A stretch of 64,000 nt of DNA from Hormiphora californensis (GCA_020137815.1 CM035350.1:6696001-6760000), one strand, 5' to 3'; shown: positions 1 through 16,512, counted from the stretch's first letter. The notes: a model not told the origin generated them from the sequence alone. A program made the numbers and translations.

Positions 1-1442
1 ACTCTACCAAAGCCGCTGGAGCTTGATTTAACAGAGTTCACTGAGAAAACTGTCCGTGATTTTGTCAGTCTTTGCTACGGCGGAGGTCATTCCACCATGT
101 ATATTGGAGAAGAAAACCGCCGAGAGTTTTTCAAGATTGCTAAAGATCTAAAGGTCGAATGGATGGTTAGACATGTCTTAGAGGAATACGAGGAAGGTTG
201 GTGGACCCAGACGTTTGAAAAGGACTGGAGTAGGTTCTGTGAGGCAGCCTGAGTTACTTCACATGTACGGCTGGGACAGTGAACTTTTTATTACACCATT
301 AATTACCGAAGAGGACACAACTTTAGCGTAATAAGCTAATCAACCATGCTATGCAAAAGAGGAACGAGCTGCCGGGAAACTGCATAACTCTGTGTACACG
401 GTTATCTCTTTTGCAAACGTTCACCTGAGTTCCTCACGCTAAAAGTTCCGAATGAACCACTGTACAGTGAACGAGCGACTCCTTTTCACAGAGAGATACC
501 TTGGGGATCTGAAACTTGTTGAAAGATGGAAATGAGGTTTTCAAAAAGGTCGTGGAGTTGGCTAAGACTTTTAACGATATAGAGACCAAAGCAGCGGTTC
601 AGAAAGCTCTCAAGCGCAAGCGATTGCCTACAAAGAAAGGCGGACCGAAATCTCTAACATCATCATCTAAGCGTACAGTTCCAGTTCCAACTTTTCTAAA
701 TGGAGCCGAGTTGCTAAAGTGTACCAATCCGGTCGACCTACTTGAGGCGTTGCTTAAGGATAAACGAGTGACCACATTCCAATTATTTATTGATGCTGTT
801 CTTTTCTGGGAGTTTTTCAAGGGGTTTGAGTTTGATAGGAGCACCGGTAAATCGTCATTAAAAAGTCTTCTATGGTTATTCAGCCCAGATGCACGGCGGC
901 TTCTGGCGAAAGCGGCGGCGGATAATAAACTTGGGATAACTAAAACTTCGGTTCCCTTTGAGCTATTTAATAACAACGGGCAGACTTTCAGTAGAAAATG
1001 CTGGAATCTCTTTCGTCCTTCGAATGATTGTAAAATGAGTTGCTTTACTGCTCTGAAGGGAACCTTAAAATTTTCGATTTCGGACTGGATGATACAGATG
1101 GCTTACGGATTCCCACTTACTCGGACGGAAAAGAAGGGTGAACCTTGCGAAGCGGGATCTGGGGAGTGCCGAGTAATGTTTTATTTCAATTGTGGACACT
1201 CCAAACCTATCATTATCAGAAATTTGGGGCATGATGATCCAGCAAAGGACTGCCACTATCACAAGTTAGAGAACTTTCATCTCTATCTTCATATTACGGG
1301 TGTTGAAGATGGTTTCACTTATCTGCTACCACTTTCCTGGTGGAATGGAGACTGGCAAGTCTTTGAAAAGATTGTTCAGATCCCAGGGATGGAAGCTGAG
1401 CTGTACTTGTGCCTGCCAGAAAACTCCTGGGACGATAACTAG
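1..1442 (+). CDS. Putative BTB/POZ-like domain protein of unknown function; 5'-partial, interrupted by stops/frameshifts at ~231-515 (sequence error or pseudogene)
   Basis: Frame 1 from base 1 reads TLPKPLELDLTEFTEKTVRDFVSLCYGG..RREFFKIAKDLKVEWM, a BTB-like C-terminal helix pattern. The 308-aa ORF 516-1442 continues on the same strand. Confidence 0.4.
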
Positions 1443-3770
1443 TAGAGCGTTCTAGTCGGACAGGCGGTTTTATAGGTGTTTCATGAAATACGTTTTAAAA
1501 TCTGTTTTATAAAGCCTGTTGTCTGGCTCCAATTAGACTGGTAGCATGGTATTCAAAGCAGGACAGATGATCTGGGCCGGGGCATGATGATCCAGCGGAT
1601 AACTGCCACTATCACAGGTAGCATACAATAATGCCTACGGTCAATAATGCCTACACCCTAAAACACCTAATTAGAGGTGGAGGGTAGGCAAAACTGCTTG
1701 TAGGCATTATCGTCAACACCAGGGGGGTAAACCGCAGTTTTGCCTACGGTACATAATGCCTACCATGTAGGCAAAACTGTGATTTTACCACTGATGTTGA
1801 CAATAATGCCTACGAGCAGTGTAGGCAGTATTGCATTGCAGTTGACAACTCGCTAAGGATATCTCGATTCGGTATATATTTACCAATCTTTCATTCTCTT
1901 TTCTATCAATATATAGAAATATATATATTGATAGAGACTGAAATAGAAGAGAGAGAGAGAGAGAGACTGAAAATAGAAGAGAGAGAGGAGGAGGAGATAG
2001 AGAGGAGAGAGCTCTCTTCTCTCTCATCGCTTCTCTCTCTCTCTCTCTCTTCTACTCTCTCTCCTCTCTACTCTCTCTCTCTTCTCCTCTCTCTCTTCTC
2101 TCTCTTCTCTCTTCTCTACTCTCTGCTCGCTCGCTCTCGCTCTCTCCATTCTCTCGCTCTCTCTTCTCGCTCTCTCTGCGTCTCGCTCTCTCTCTTCTCT
2201 CTTCTCGTCTAGAGAGAGAGAATTAAAACAAGCCCTAGTTAATTCTTATAAAACCCTGAAATACCACTTGAATTTTACACAAGTCATCTGCTCAAGATCT
2301 GCTGCAGTAAATGGGCAAGTCGCGACAGTTCCGTAGTTCATGATGGCTTTCTGATACTCTCCTTCAAGGTCCCGATACTTCTTCCTCCTCTAGCTCGTAA
2401 GGCGGCAGGAACGTGGTGGCGGGGTCTCCTTTACTACTGCAACTGGTTTCATCGAGGGTGGTAGTTAGTCGTCCGTACAGTTTGGTGTGAACTGTTTCCG
2501 GTCCTTACAGGCCTAGTGCTGGACTTTTCCTGGTTTTCCTGTTTCCACAGTAGAGGTATCCATTATAGGCGGCCTGTCGTCCACCTTTAGAGCCCCAGTC
2601 AGGAATTGAAGAGAGGATGTGACAGGAGGAGGAGGGGTAGGTAGGGTAGGTGTAGCAGGCGGAGGAGGAGGAGGGGTAGGTAGAGTAGGTAGGGTAGGTG
2701 TAGCAGGAAGAGGAGGAGGAGGAGTAGGTAAGGAAGGTGTAGAAGGATCAGGATGTGGTGGAGGAGGAGGAGGAGGAGGAGGAGGTGTAGTATCGAGTAG
2801 GGAGTCCATTGCTGTTCGAAGAGCTGTTGATAATGGTAGAGACATGATTGTTAGTTGTGGCTGTGTGACCTCGACCTTTATACCTCTTTGCCACCGTTAG
2901 ATGAACTGCCCATATCACGTATCCGGGCATCCGATCCAACCGATTAGCATAGTGAATGAGACATGAGAGCTCCTCTAATCGTTGTAACAAGCCGTTAGAT
3001 AAACCGCCCATATCACGTATCCAATCCGACATGAGACATGAGAGCTTAAGCCTTACCGATTAGAGGAGCTCTCATGTCAATCGGTTTACTCCAATAACTA
3101 ACGAGCCATATCTCCTATATCGTATTGGTGCCGCCCTCAGGGTCACGTTACCAATCGGGATATGATGATTTGACGCTTGTAGGCATTATCGCCATATCAA
3201 CAATAATATTGACGCTTTTGCCTACACCCAATCACCCCTGTAGGCATTATCGCCATATCAACAATAATATTGACGCTTTTGCCTACACCCAATTATCAAT
3301 AATGTAGGCATTATTGATCGTAGGCATTATCGTACTTTATCGTAGGCATTATTGCCACCGTAGGCATTATTGCCGTTTTGACGGTTTTGCCTACACCCAA
3401 TTATATATGCCTATATACCCTGTAGGCATTATTGACCGTAGGCATTATCGTACGTAATCCTATCACAAGTTAGAGAACTTTCATCTCTATCTTCATATTA
3501 CGGGTGTGGAAGATGGTTTCACTTATCTGCTACCACTTTCCTGGTGGAATGGAGACTGGCAAGTCTTTGAAAAGATTGTTCAGATCCCAGGGATGGAAGC
3601 TGAGCTGTACTTGTGCCTGCCAGAAAACTCCTGGGACGATAACTAGTAGAGCGTTCTAGTCGGACAGGCGGTTTTATAGGTGTTTCATGAAATACGTTTT
3701 AAAATCTGTTTTATAAAGCCTGTTGTCTGGCTCCAATTAGACTGGTAGCATGGTATTCAAAGCAGGACAG
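1226..3770 (+). repeat. Tandem duplication of the 3' end and 3'UTR of the first gene (copy 1 1226-1566; copy 2 1579-1616 + 3461-3770, split by a transposon)
   Basis: 3461-3770 is near-identical to ~1257-1566; 1579-1616 matches 1226-1263. Confidence 0.9.
1617..3460. mobile_element. Non-autonomous TIR DNA transposon (~1.84 kb) with 7-8 bp TSD
   Basis: Left end ggtagcatacaataatgcctacggtcaataatgcctaca versus right-end reverse complement ggattacgtacgataatgcctacggtcaataatgcctaca. TSD (c)tatcaca at 1609/1610-1616 and 3460/3461-3467. The empty site is visible in copy 1 (tgccactatcacaagttag). Many subterminal aatgcctac/gtaggcatt motifs. Confidence 0.85.
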
Positions 3771-4675
3771 GGAATTTTTAATTGTTTTTATCAACTTGTT
3801 TCTATTAAAACCGCAGAACTAATTTTTAATCAATCATCTTAAATTATTCAATCAGTATAACATCAAACATGACTCATTTTTTATCAAATCAGTAACTTTC
3901 TATATAACAAATAACCTTATTCAACTTTGTTTTCATTCTTTACCGTCATATCCCGATCTCTTGTGCAATCCAAAAACTCCCCCCACCATGCGGATGTCTT
4001 CCTTTTATCGTGGCCTATGTTGATTGTTACTCTCAGCTCTGCCGAACAAGAGCAGTGTTCTGTGTGAGCTACACAAGGTTCATACAATATGTGGAGGGTG
4101 GACAGTGTACAAACGCAAATGTTCAGGAAATAAGTTTTAGAATGTGAAGGGCCATGAAATTCAAAACGTAAATGTGGCACTTGTCAGTTAAGGAAAAGAC
4201 AGTACTTTTTCCATCTACAGGTATGCCTGAAGGGGGGGGGGGGTGTTATCACAACAAGATAATCGCACCGGCCGAGGGCCAGGAAGAAATGGATATTTAA
4301 AGTAGACATACCAATATAAAGCAGAGAGCTTGGAGAGGTTAGGCCTTGTCAGTACAAACTATAACCCCACCATTTCAACGGGACCAAGATCCTTTGCTTG
4401 CTGAGATGATTAAAGGGTTTACTATAATCCCTTTTATTCCTCGTCTATCACTCCTCATCATAAATAGTTCCCCCTCCCAAGATTGTATGTACTCCCGGTT
4501 CTTTCTCGCCAGTAACACTTGGGGAAAGAGAGAGCTAACTGTGTTACGATAATGTATATTGGCTATTGTTGTACGCTACAAAATTCGCTCTAAATGCTCT
4601 CCCCCTTAATATCTATCAGAATAACTTGAGATCTCGTTCTTGTGCTTTGCAATAAAAGTATAACATCTACGAAAG

Positions 4676-5452
4676 ATGTTTTTCGTTTTTTTTTCTGTTT
4701 CCTGCATGCTGTGCAGGAAACCAACAAAAATTGGAATTCAAGTCCGGAGAGTTGTCATCAGTGTATAATGGTCGATCACCTGGGTTCGCCTTTGATGGAG
4801 ATCTGACAACTAAGGCCCACTCGAAGTGCAACTGGGCAGGAAATGAAATCTGGATGATTTTAACTCTCAACAATCTTGCAGCGGTCACTAAACTGACCGT
4901 TTGGCCAACCCACTTGTTTAATTCTAATAAGTGGAGGTTCTGGGGTACCAAAGTCTACGTTCGGGTTGAAGAAGGAGAAGAAGGATATTGTGGAACAGTC
5001 ACCATCCCTACTAAATCTGGTCAGACCAGTTCTGATATTGTTTGTGAATCTCCTATCTTTGGAAATGAGGTGGTGTTCCGGCTGCAAATGGAAAAAGGAA
5101 AAGAGACTTGTATTCATGTGTATTACGGTTTTAAACCAAGTAAGTACTAGCTGTAACCATCTGAATATACCTAATCTCTTGCAACTCGCAAATGCTGGGT
5201 ATTCAGGAACTTTCGCTATTGCAAATGCTGGGCGTTCTGTATAGCTGTAACCTATATCATACTATTATTAAAGCAAATAGGGAAATCCAGTGTAACGTTT
5301 TTTACCTTATATGGCATTTAGCACGTGCAGGTTTAGAGCCTAGAGGTGAACTGTGGAGTACTATTGGAGTGGGGCCAGGAGTCGGAGCCGTTGCCAATGG
5401 CATGGTTGCTACTGTTATACTGCACGTGCACGTGCATTTGATCTTGCTTTAG
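4676..5452 (+). CDS. Secreted/GPI-anchor-like protein with an F-type lectin / F5/8-type-C (galactose-binding-like) domain; exons ~4676-5139 and 5331-5452
   Basis: SSVY..SPGFAFDGDLTTKAHS..IWMILTL..V..L.VW..RF.G..V.V..CG..IVCE..I.GNEV.F matches the fucolectin-fold pattern. Phase-1 intron gtaagt(5140)..tgcag(5330) joins in frame to a hydrophobic C-terminus (..GAVANGMVATVILHVHVHLILL*). The signal peptide from ATG 4676 needs a 1-nt correction in a poly-T run. Confidence 0.6.
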
Positions 5453-6487
5453 TCTGTTTCACTGTTCCAGCTAATTATATGCTCTCTTCAACAACTCTTG
5501 ATATACGACAGCGACAATTGGAGTTATTCACGCAAGATCTCACCGCTATTCTCTACTTTTCCATACACTGAGGGGTTCAAATGCAGCATCACCAAAAGAA
5601 GTGCAGAGAGAACGAACAAGACGTTAGAGGTTAAACAGAACCGATGATCAATCTCAGAGATTAAGGCAGATGAATACTGCAAGCAGACGAAATAGTAAGT
5701 TCTTTTATAACTTTGATCGCCGGATCATCATTTGACGTTCTGAAACCAGAAACTCGCAGCGATCCCGCCTGAGCTCCTTCTAAGGTACCGTTACTTAAGA
5801 TGGGATAGTGCATGTCATTAGTTAGACTGATGATGTCAGTGTTCCCTATTCCAGCTACCAATACCATTTCCCCGAAATTCGCCCGTAGGGCGAACGGGTT
5901 TACTAGTAAAGATAATAGGACAACTCAGATATGAAAAATAGAAAAGATAAACTGGGGAGACACTCTTGGATGCGTCGGCTGTACAAGTCCTCTTCTATGA
6001 GTAAGTAGTAAAAAGTTGTTAGAAGACCATGACCCACTCCCAGTAGTAGTAGCAGCGGATAGAGGCAGTTTCCACGTCAGGCTGCCGGAGCATTGGCCTG
6101 ACCCTATTCTCATTTCTTCAAACACGCGAGAACTGTGGTCAGAACATTGGCAGCTGACAAGGAGTCATGTTTAAACAAGGTTCTACCGCCTGGCCCAAAA
6201 ACACTGTGTTGGTCTTTATATCACTCAGAATTTTGACTTCAATCACTCTGATATTTTGACACAATGTTTGTAGTGGTACTCACTCGAGGAATCCGAAGTT
6301 TCAGCCCTCACCCGAATGAATATTGAATGAACACTAAAACGATGCTATATTTCGATACCGAAATTTCACAATGTTGTTTGGCTATCGTTTTTCTTTCCAT
6401 ATATCAGAGTGGTATGTCCCTTCCATGTGTATAGTGTATAGTGTATCAGTATGGGATGATGTAATACTGATGTAATACTGTAACACA

Positions 6488-6539
<52 letters not shown>

Positions 6540-6900
6540 ATATATCCCTCTTATTTATCATCTGTCAAATCTGACGCTGTATATTTCAACTAAATATTGT
6601 TCATTCATCGTTGACTTCTTGTCCCGGTATAATAGTGGTGGTAAGGCTCGTTTTAGCGTGCCCAAACGGTAGGGGTAATTTCGTGAGTAAGTGTTGGGTA
6701 GTGTTTTTGGTCTGGAGCATGAACACAATGACCTAGTATATGATTAGATGACTGGTTAAAATGGTCTATTAGTTAATTAATACTTCAATAAAAAGTTGTT
6801 TCTGTTTAAAGATTTGTGTTTATACATTAAATTAAAATTGTTTAAGTTAATAATAATTAATACTAAAAGTAAGAGGAAGTCGATCGGTTCAAAAATCAAA

Positions 6901-7803
6901 TCATACAAAGCTAAGAATTGTAGTCATTTTGCGTCTGACCATTACTTTTAAATCTCTACTGAAAAGTGTGTATAATATTGGGTTGCCAAAACAGTTCAGA
7001 AAAAAGAGGTAAATAGTAGCTTTAGAGAGTGAGGGATGCGTGCTGGATAGTCCCCCGAACCGTTTTGTCAACCCTGGGAGCCAGGAGATAGTGAGTAACA
7101 GCGATAAACTCCCCACTGTAATGGTCGCCTGTCTTCGTCGCTGTTCCAACAGCATCTTAATACCCAATTTAGTTATTCTGACTTGGTTGTTTTTGCGGAT
7201 TCTGTGGGTATACAAGATAGTCTTGCTGACCAGAATAACATTGCAAACTATGATAAGAGAGAAAGGGATGATGATAAAGATGAAGGAGAACACAATGTTT
7301 TCCACCCCGCTGTAGTTGTATTGGACAATACAGGTAGAGATGAGGGGTATGAAGGCTGCCTCTGTGTGAACAAAGAAACTCCTCAGCGCAAGGATGGAAG
7401 AGTAAACCCAAAGGAAATAACAGAAATACTTGGCTGTCCTCTTGAACAGGAGAGCACTTCTCAGGGGAAACAGCAGGAGAGATAACCGGTAAATGGTTAA
7501 CGTTGCTACTATGTTAACATTAGCTATTGCAGATACAGATGCAGTCATGGCTGATATAAAGCACAGTTTGTCCCCAAATACCCACTGTCTAGTTAGATTG
7601 TTCACCGTGACTGGAAATACCCTGGTGATGATATACAACAGATCCGAGATGGAGAGATTCTTCATAAACTGCATATTAACCGTGTTGACAAACTTGTTGT
7701 CGCCGCTTGAGGTCAGGAGTAGAACGATAGAGTTTCCAAATCCTCCCAGAAGGAGAGTTAACAGGGAGTAGATGAACAAAACACATTCCTCCAAGCCCAA
7801 CAT
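6901..7803 (-). CDS. Rhodopsin-like (class A) GPCR, single exon
   Basis: Seven hydrophobic segments; GN in TM1, NLSISD in TM2, WVFGDKLC, YRL in place of DRY, SWLP in TM6, NPILY in TM7. Confidence 0.9.
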   Translation of the reverse strand: MLGLEECVLFIYSLLTLLLGGFGNSIVLLLTSSGDNKFVNTVNMQFMKNLSISDLLYIITRVFPVTVNNLTRQWVFGDKLCFISAMTASVSAIANVNIVATLTIYRLSLLLFPLRSALLFKRTAKYFCYFLWVYSSILALRSFFVHTEAAFIPLISTCIVQYNYSGVENIVFSFIFIIIPFSLIIVCNVILVSKTILYTHRIRKNNQVRITKLGIKMLLEQRRRQATITVGSLSLLLTISWLPGLTKRFGGLSSTHPSLSKATIYLFFLNCFGNPILYTLFSRDLKVMVRRKMTTILSFV

Positions 7804-8311
7804 GCTGCCTACTGGAGGGATTGTTTAGAGAAGTTGTAGTGAAAACAAAGTACAAACTAATAGATATGAAATGAGTTCATTATAGGGGGATGGGGATCGG
7901 GGTAGTCGAAACTTTGTTGTACAACCATTGGTTATACCGTATATAACCAGTGGGTATACAAAAAAGTTTCTACTATGAACTTTTTGTCATTTTAACCCAT
8001 TACATTTCATATTTATTAGTATAGCTTGTTTTTAAACTTTAGCTTCTCAACCAGCAAAAGCTCATAAAAATGTCAAAACGATGGCGCTCTGACCTCCGTG
8101 TGATCACTTTTATCTGCTTACCGGTTAGTTATAAAGCTGTCAAACTACTGTAACAAATCAACTTTACTAAAACTGCTAGATTTACGTAAGCGAAGACTCG
8201 GATCGTATCGCGAAGTAAACTAAACCAGTAACTGAACAATTTCTTAAAATAGTTTTGTTTCATAACGTCATTCTAGCGAGTCTCTCATATTTTATTCTAG
8301 ATCCCGATGAA

Positions 8312-10725
8312 ATGGCTAGAACGACAGAGAGGTTAGAATGGCTTGACATGCAAGAAGCAACGTTGGTAAAGATCTTTTCTAAATGGCTAAAATTCCCATA
8401 AAATTTAAACATTTGAGCAGCTTCAAAAGGTTACCTTGGGAACCTTGGCTATACAAAACACATTTGAGCATGCAACTAATAAATATTTGATTAATACGTT
8501 AAAACATGTTCAATAGCAATATATAATGTTTGATGACGCCGATTGCACATATGAGGAGGCAAAGCCTATTCTGGATAAATTCCAGGAGATAGGGTTGAAA
8601 CCCTTTGGAAAGGACTGGAGAAAGGAAATGGATATGCATCCACTGTTCATGGATGACGTACCACAGGAAGTTATTGACGGTAAGGGGCAGGGGTGCTACT
8701 AATACTGACGGTAAGGGGCAGGGGTGCTACTAATACTGACGGTAAGGGGCAGGGGTGCTACTAATACTGACGGTAAGGGGCAGGGGTGCTACTAATACTG
8801 ACGGTAAGGGGCAGGGGTGCTACTAATACTGACGGTAAGGGGCAGGGGTGCTACTAATACTGACGGTAAGGGGCAGGGGTGCTACTAATATACTGTCGGT
8901 AAGGGGCAGGGGTGTTACTAATACTGACGGTAAGGGGCAGGGGTGCTACTAATACTGACGGTAAGGGGCAGGGGTGCTACTAATACTGACGGTAAGGGGC
9001 AGGGGTACTACTAATACTGACGGTAAGGGGCAAGGGTGCTACTAATACTGACGGTAAGGGGCAGGGGTGTTACTAATACTGACGGTAAGGGGCAGGGGTG
9101 TTACTAATACTGACGGTAAGGGGCAGGGGTGCTACTAATACTGACGGTAAGGGGCAAGGGTGCTACTAATACTGACGGTAAGGGGCAGGGGTGTTACTAA
9201 TACTGACGGTAAGGGGCAGGGGTGTTACTAATACTGACGGTAAGGGGCAGGGGTGCTACTAATACTGACGGTAAGGGGCAGGGGTGCTACTAATACTGAC
9301 GGTAAGGGGCAGGGGTGCTACTAATACTGACGGTAAGGGGCAGGGGTGTTACTAATACTGACGGTAAGGGGTGTATTAGTTGGACATTTATAATGGGTGA
9401 TGGGTTTAGTAAAAACAGGGGCCTACTTTGTGTAGGGGAATGCAGTCAGATCCTTTCAGGTGAGCTGGACAGAAAGAAGTGGCCAGTGTTAGCATCACAT
9501 CTAGACATCATGTATGAGGATGACGATGATCCCGTTGGATCTGCTCAGTCTTACAAAGAGGACGGTAATAAGGAATACGTTAAGAAAACAAAGGAAGGCT
9601 ACTACAAAGCTATCATTTCTTATTCGGGTAGGTCTGTGCAAGGACTTTCTTTCCCCTTATTTGGGATGTTATTGGATTGGTATATATCGCCACGTTTTCC
9701 CACGTGGGTGTCAACTTGATGTCAACTTGGCGGGTGGTGGAATTTAAATTGAACTCCCCCTTCTTTTCCTACTCTAGAGGGGTTGAGTAAGGACTGTAAA
9801 GATAAGGAGTTAGATTCCCAGTTATATTGCAACAGAGCCGCGGCACAATTCTGTATTGGAAACTACAGGTATGTATTGTTCACTAGTACCAGTTAGTTTT
9901 TAGACAATCACTAAAAGGTGTTGTTAATGAAATTACCCCTCCTCATTATAATAGCTCACAGAGCAATATAATAACAGCAGTATAATAACAGGGGTGACTT
10001 CTTAACCACTAAAAGGTGTCTATCTAGTGTGACCACGTTTGAACAATACAAACTAAAAGGGCGCTAAAACCTTTTTGCTGTTCGTTATATTAAAACTGTA
10101 TTAAAACTCGAGCCGCTAAAAGCTAAAATACTTTGTCAGGAGAGCTACCGAAGACTGTGAGAAAGCTATGGCATTAAATCCCTCCTACCTAAAAGCGGTG
10201 AATCGAGCTATCGAGTGCCAACTGAAACTAGGTGAGAATCCAGCTCGATACTCTTTATACCCCAAACAATATTGCAACACCACCATTATATCACCATGAG
10301 CAACCAAGTACCCGATACCCATTATACACCATTATATCTCCATGTGTTATTCCTAGGAAGGACCGCGGAAGTTTTAAAGTGGATCGAGAGAGGATTAGCG
10401 ATAGACGGTGGCAATAAAGAATTACTAATAGCGAAAGATAAAACTCAAAAGGTATAGTAGAGTGGGGAGGTAATAAGTGAAGGTAATGGCGGGGGCCGAG
10501 GGATGAACAAAGATTTACGTGACTGCTGATGCAGTGCTCCATTTGAATTGACATTAAAGTGATCGATAAACTCTTTTCTGATAGCGACTAAAAGAGGAAC
10601 AGAGAGACGAGAGAAGACGGACGGCCGCTGAGAAAAAACGACGTAATGAAGAAAGAGATTTACTTGCCGCCATTAATTCACGACATCTCAAAATTTTCTT
10701 GCCGTCAGGTACTAAAGAAAAGAAT

Positions 10726-10771
<46 letters not shown>

Positions 10772-12038
10772 TGTCTCCCTATTTCTCTCGTTTACTCACT
10801 CTCCACGTCGCGTGCGAGTGACAAAGTGCGACAAATTTCACTAGACGAAGAAGGCAGCGAGGATCAGAGGACACTTGACAGCCTGTCTGTGGGGAACAAA
10901 AAAAGGGTCTTCATATCGGAGGATGGAGTACTAACTTGGCCTGTCAAACTGATTTATCCTGAACACAAGACCAGTGATTTTATTGAACAGTTCAGAGAGG
11001 TATTATATAAACTAACATAATATATGTCTTGTCTAGTGACGTATAAGATCTAGATGATTGAAAGTATATCTGATTTATGGTGCGTATCTGATATGTCAGA
11101 ATACAACCTTTAATTCGTGAGTCACGATACAACGTCACGAATCGTGACGTTGTATCTCTTTCTCTTTCTATCTCTCCCTATCAAAGAATTTTATCATAAT
11201 CAAAGAAAATGAGCGAGAGATATAGAGAGAGAGGGGGAGAGAAGAGAGGGGGAGAGATGTAGACTGAGAGCAGAGATATAGAGAGAGATATATGTTGTGG
11301 TAAGGACAATAATTATTACGACATAAAATGCTGATAACTCATTATAATATGATATGTCGTAATATTTCTTGCCCTTATCAAGACATACAGCTACTTAGGC
11401 TCCGTCATATTGGCCGCCCTCATAAAGTGTTGTCCACGAAGTCTAGAAGTGGCAGTCCGCTGACATTGAATGCTTTTTGTGTGTCTTCTAGACGTCGTGG
11501 ACAACGCTGCGGGCGGCGCTGTGCTGGCGAAGCACCACTACTGTAACTCATTTTGATCTTCCTCTCTTTCTCAGGATACCACACTCGGAGAGCACCTTGG
11601 GATCATGTTCCCACCCCATGGAGAGAGCCCTCCTTGGGATAAAGAGGGCACCTACATTCTACCCAACCTGACCGCTTTGTATGATGGTATGTGTTGCAAC
11701 ACCCCCCCCCCCCCCCCCGATATAGAAACGAAATTGCAGCGGCATCCCCCTGCTGATACTAATGCACCTGAAATTATTGAACCATTTCCATTATCATTTC
11801 CATTATCCGCCCTCTCTATTTTAAACTATTCTTTTCCGGGTAATGAAATTACCCCACCGCGAAATATAAAATAATAGGGGTGACTTCGTAACCAAATTCT
11901 TTCGCAGGTACTGAAGGAAAGGTGGAACTAAACCTGGACGATCCTCTACTGATCCTACTTCAGAAACACAACGTCATCATATCAGCTGGCACCCCAACCT
12001 TTGAAATACACTGCAAAAGTAAACAAGCCGGTAGTTGA
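8312..12038 (+). CDS. TTC4: Tetratricopeptide repeat protein 4 (Cns1-like Hsp70/Hsp90 co-chaperone), ~10 exons
   Basis: Spliced exons give WRKEMDMHPLFMDDVP, AQSYKEDGN..YYKAIISYSEGL, LYCNRAAAQFCIGNYR, LTWPVKLIYPEHKTSDFIEQF and PPWDKEGTY, all characteristic of TTC4. Introns are GT-AG; stop TGA at 12036-12038. Confidence 0.9.
8676..9371 (+). repeat. 31-bp minisatellite (gacggtaaggggcaggggtgctactaatact) x ~22 spanning a TTC4 exon/intron donor
   Basis: Direct tandem copies. The first copy includes the exon end GACG|GTAAGG at 8679/8680. Confidence 0.95.
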
Positions 12039-12346
12039 AAAGAGGAGAGACACTTTTAAATCTTTTTAGTTCGCTATAGAAGAAAGGAGTTAGTGTGTCG
12101 CACCTTCGAGTCAAAACTAAATTATTTTCTTGGGTTTTATTAATTTATTTTTTTCTGCTGGCTGATAGTGATAATTTGAGTTCATTTATCATTGACTTTG
12201 TTTTACAAGCACTCGCTTTCCTTTTCACGCGTCACCTTACATCGGTGTAGACAAGAGTAGGAGAACTATTATAACGGGATTATAACGGACTATTTGTATT
12301 TCTAGTGCCAATGTAACAAGGCCGTGTCTCACTGAGATCAAGCTAG

Positions 12347-15576
<3,230 letters not shown>

Positions 15577-15704
15577 TTCCGTTTTTGGAATGTTGTGTTG
15601 TTTGGCATTAATCAAGGACCTAACAATTTGACGTGCCATTTCTCTCTCAACTAGTGTGGTGGTGTACTATTTCTCATTGATAAATTATTTATTTTTTAAT
15701 CCAT

Positions 15705-16197
15705 TTTAAAATGAAGTGTCATGGTGCGTCCAATTCTGCAATTCCGAGTTCTATGGGCTGCAGGGAATCAGCAAATATACGATGGTGTAACGCGCGAGTA
15801 CTCGTACACAAACTATTACGCGCAGTTTGGCGCGAGCATTCTCTCTCTCCGCTCAGAAGCCGTACCGTCGATAGTTCGGCCCTCACAGAGAGAACTTTCT
15901 AGAAATCTCCTTTTCAGGCTTTATGACCCACTCAAATGGAGTTCCCTCTGGCCCTGAAGAGCTATGTACCACACAAATGCTGCCTATCGCACCTTTCTCT
16001 TGTTCCCGCCTCTCCACACGCTCCGCGCGGCTCCTCAAATACTGACAAAATTGGCTTGATTTACCAGTGGAATTTGCGCGCACTACATCATCCCGCTCAG
16101 TCCCTTTCTTTGGCATGTCCGATTGTCCAACCCCAGATCGAGAAATATCCAGGAAAAGAGAGGTGGCCGTTTTATAGGGCCAATTGTTATAGTACAT
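15705..16197 (-). CDS. Possible small protein-coding gene, unknown product (ORF 15883-16197; 3' end uncertain)
   Basis: 104-aa ORF with an acceptor-like caaatcacag 10 nt upstream of the ATG, in the same orientation as and ~300 nt downstream of SUMO. No family recognised. Confidence 0.3.
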
Positions 16198-16512
16198 CCG
16201 TTGAGGGCTGTGATTTGTGAAAACATTCGTTAAACTCGCATATAAAGTGATTTAATCCGTCAAATAGGGGGGAGAAACAACATTTTGCACAGCAGATCAC
16301 TAGGTAATATATTTGTGGGATATATTCAGCCGTTATATCTCCTTAAAAGGAACCAAGGATTTCATGTGTGACAACACTCTTTGTTAGGAAAGAACTATAT
16401 ATTGTTGGTGCTCAGCAACAGATTATTAATAATTTGGGGGGTAAATTTAAAAATAAGAGTCTCTCTCTGGAACAGTTCTGCAGGTTTGTGTTTTGGTTGG
16501 GAGGAGTTTCGC

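Noticed and set aside
5572-6220. Coding-like GC-balanced segment, possible retroelement relic
   Set aside because: No recognisable motif in the frames examined; multiple stops.
15883-16197. E2 ubiquitin-conjugating enzyme suggested by GPEGTPFE
   Set aside because: No downstream YP..PP, HPN or catalytic Cys motif found in the frames examined.
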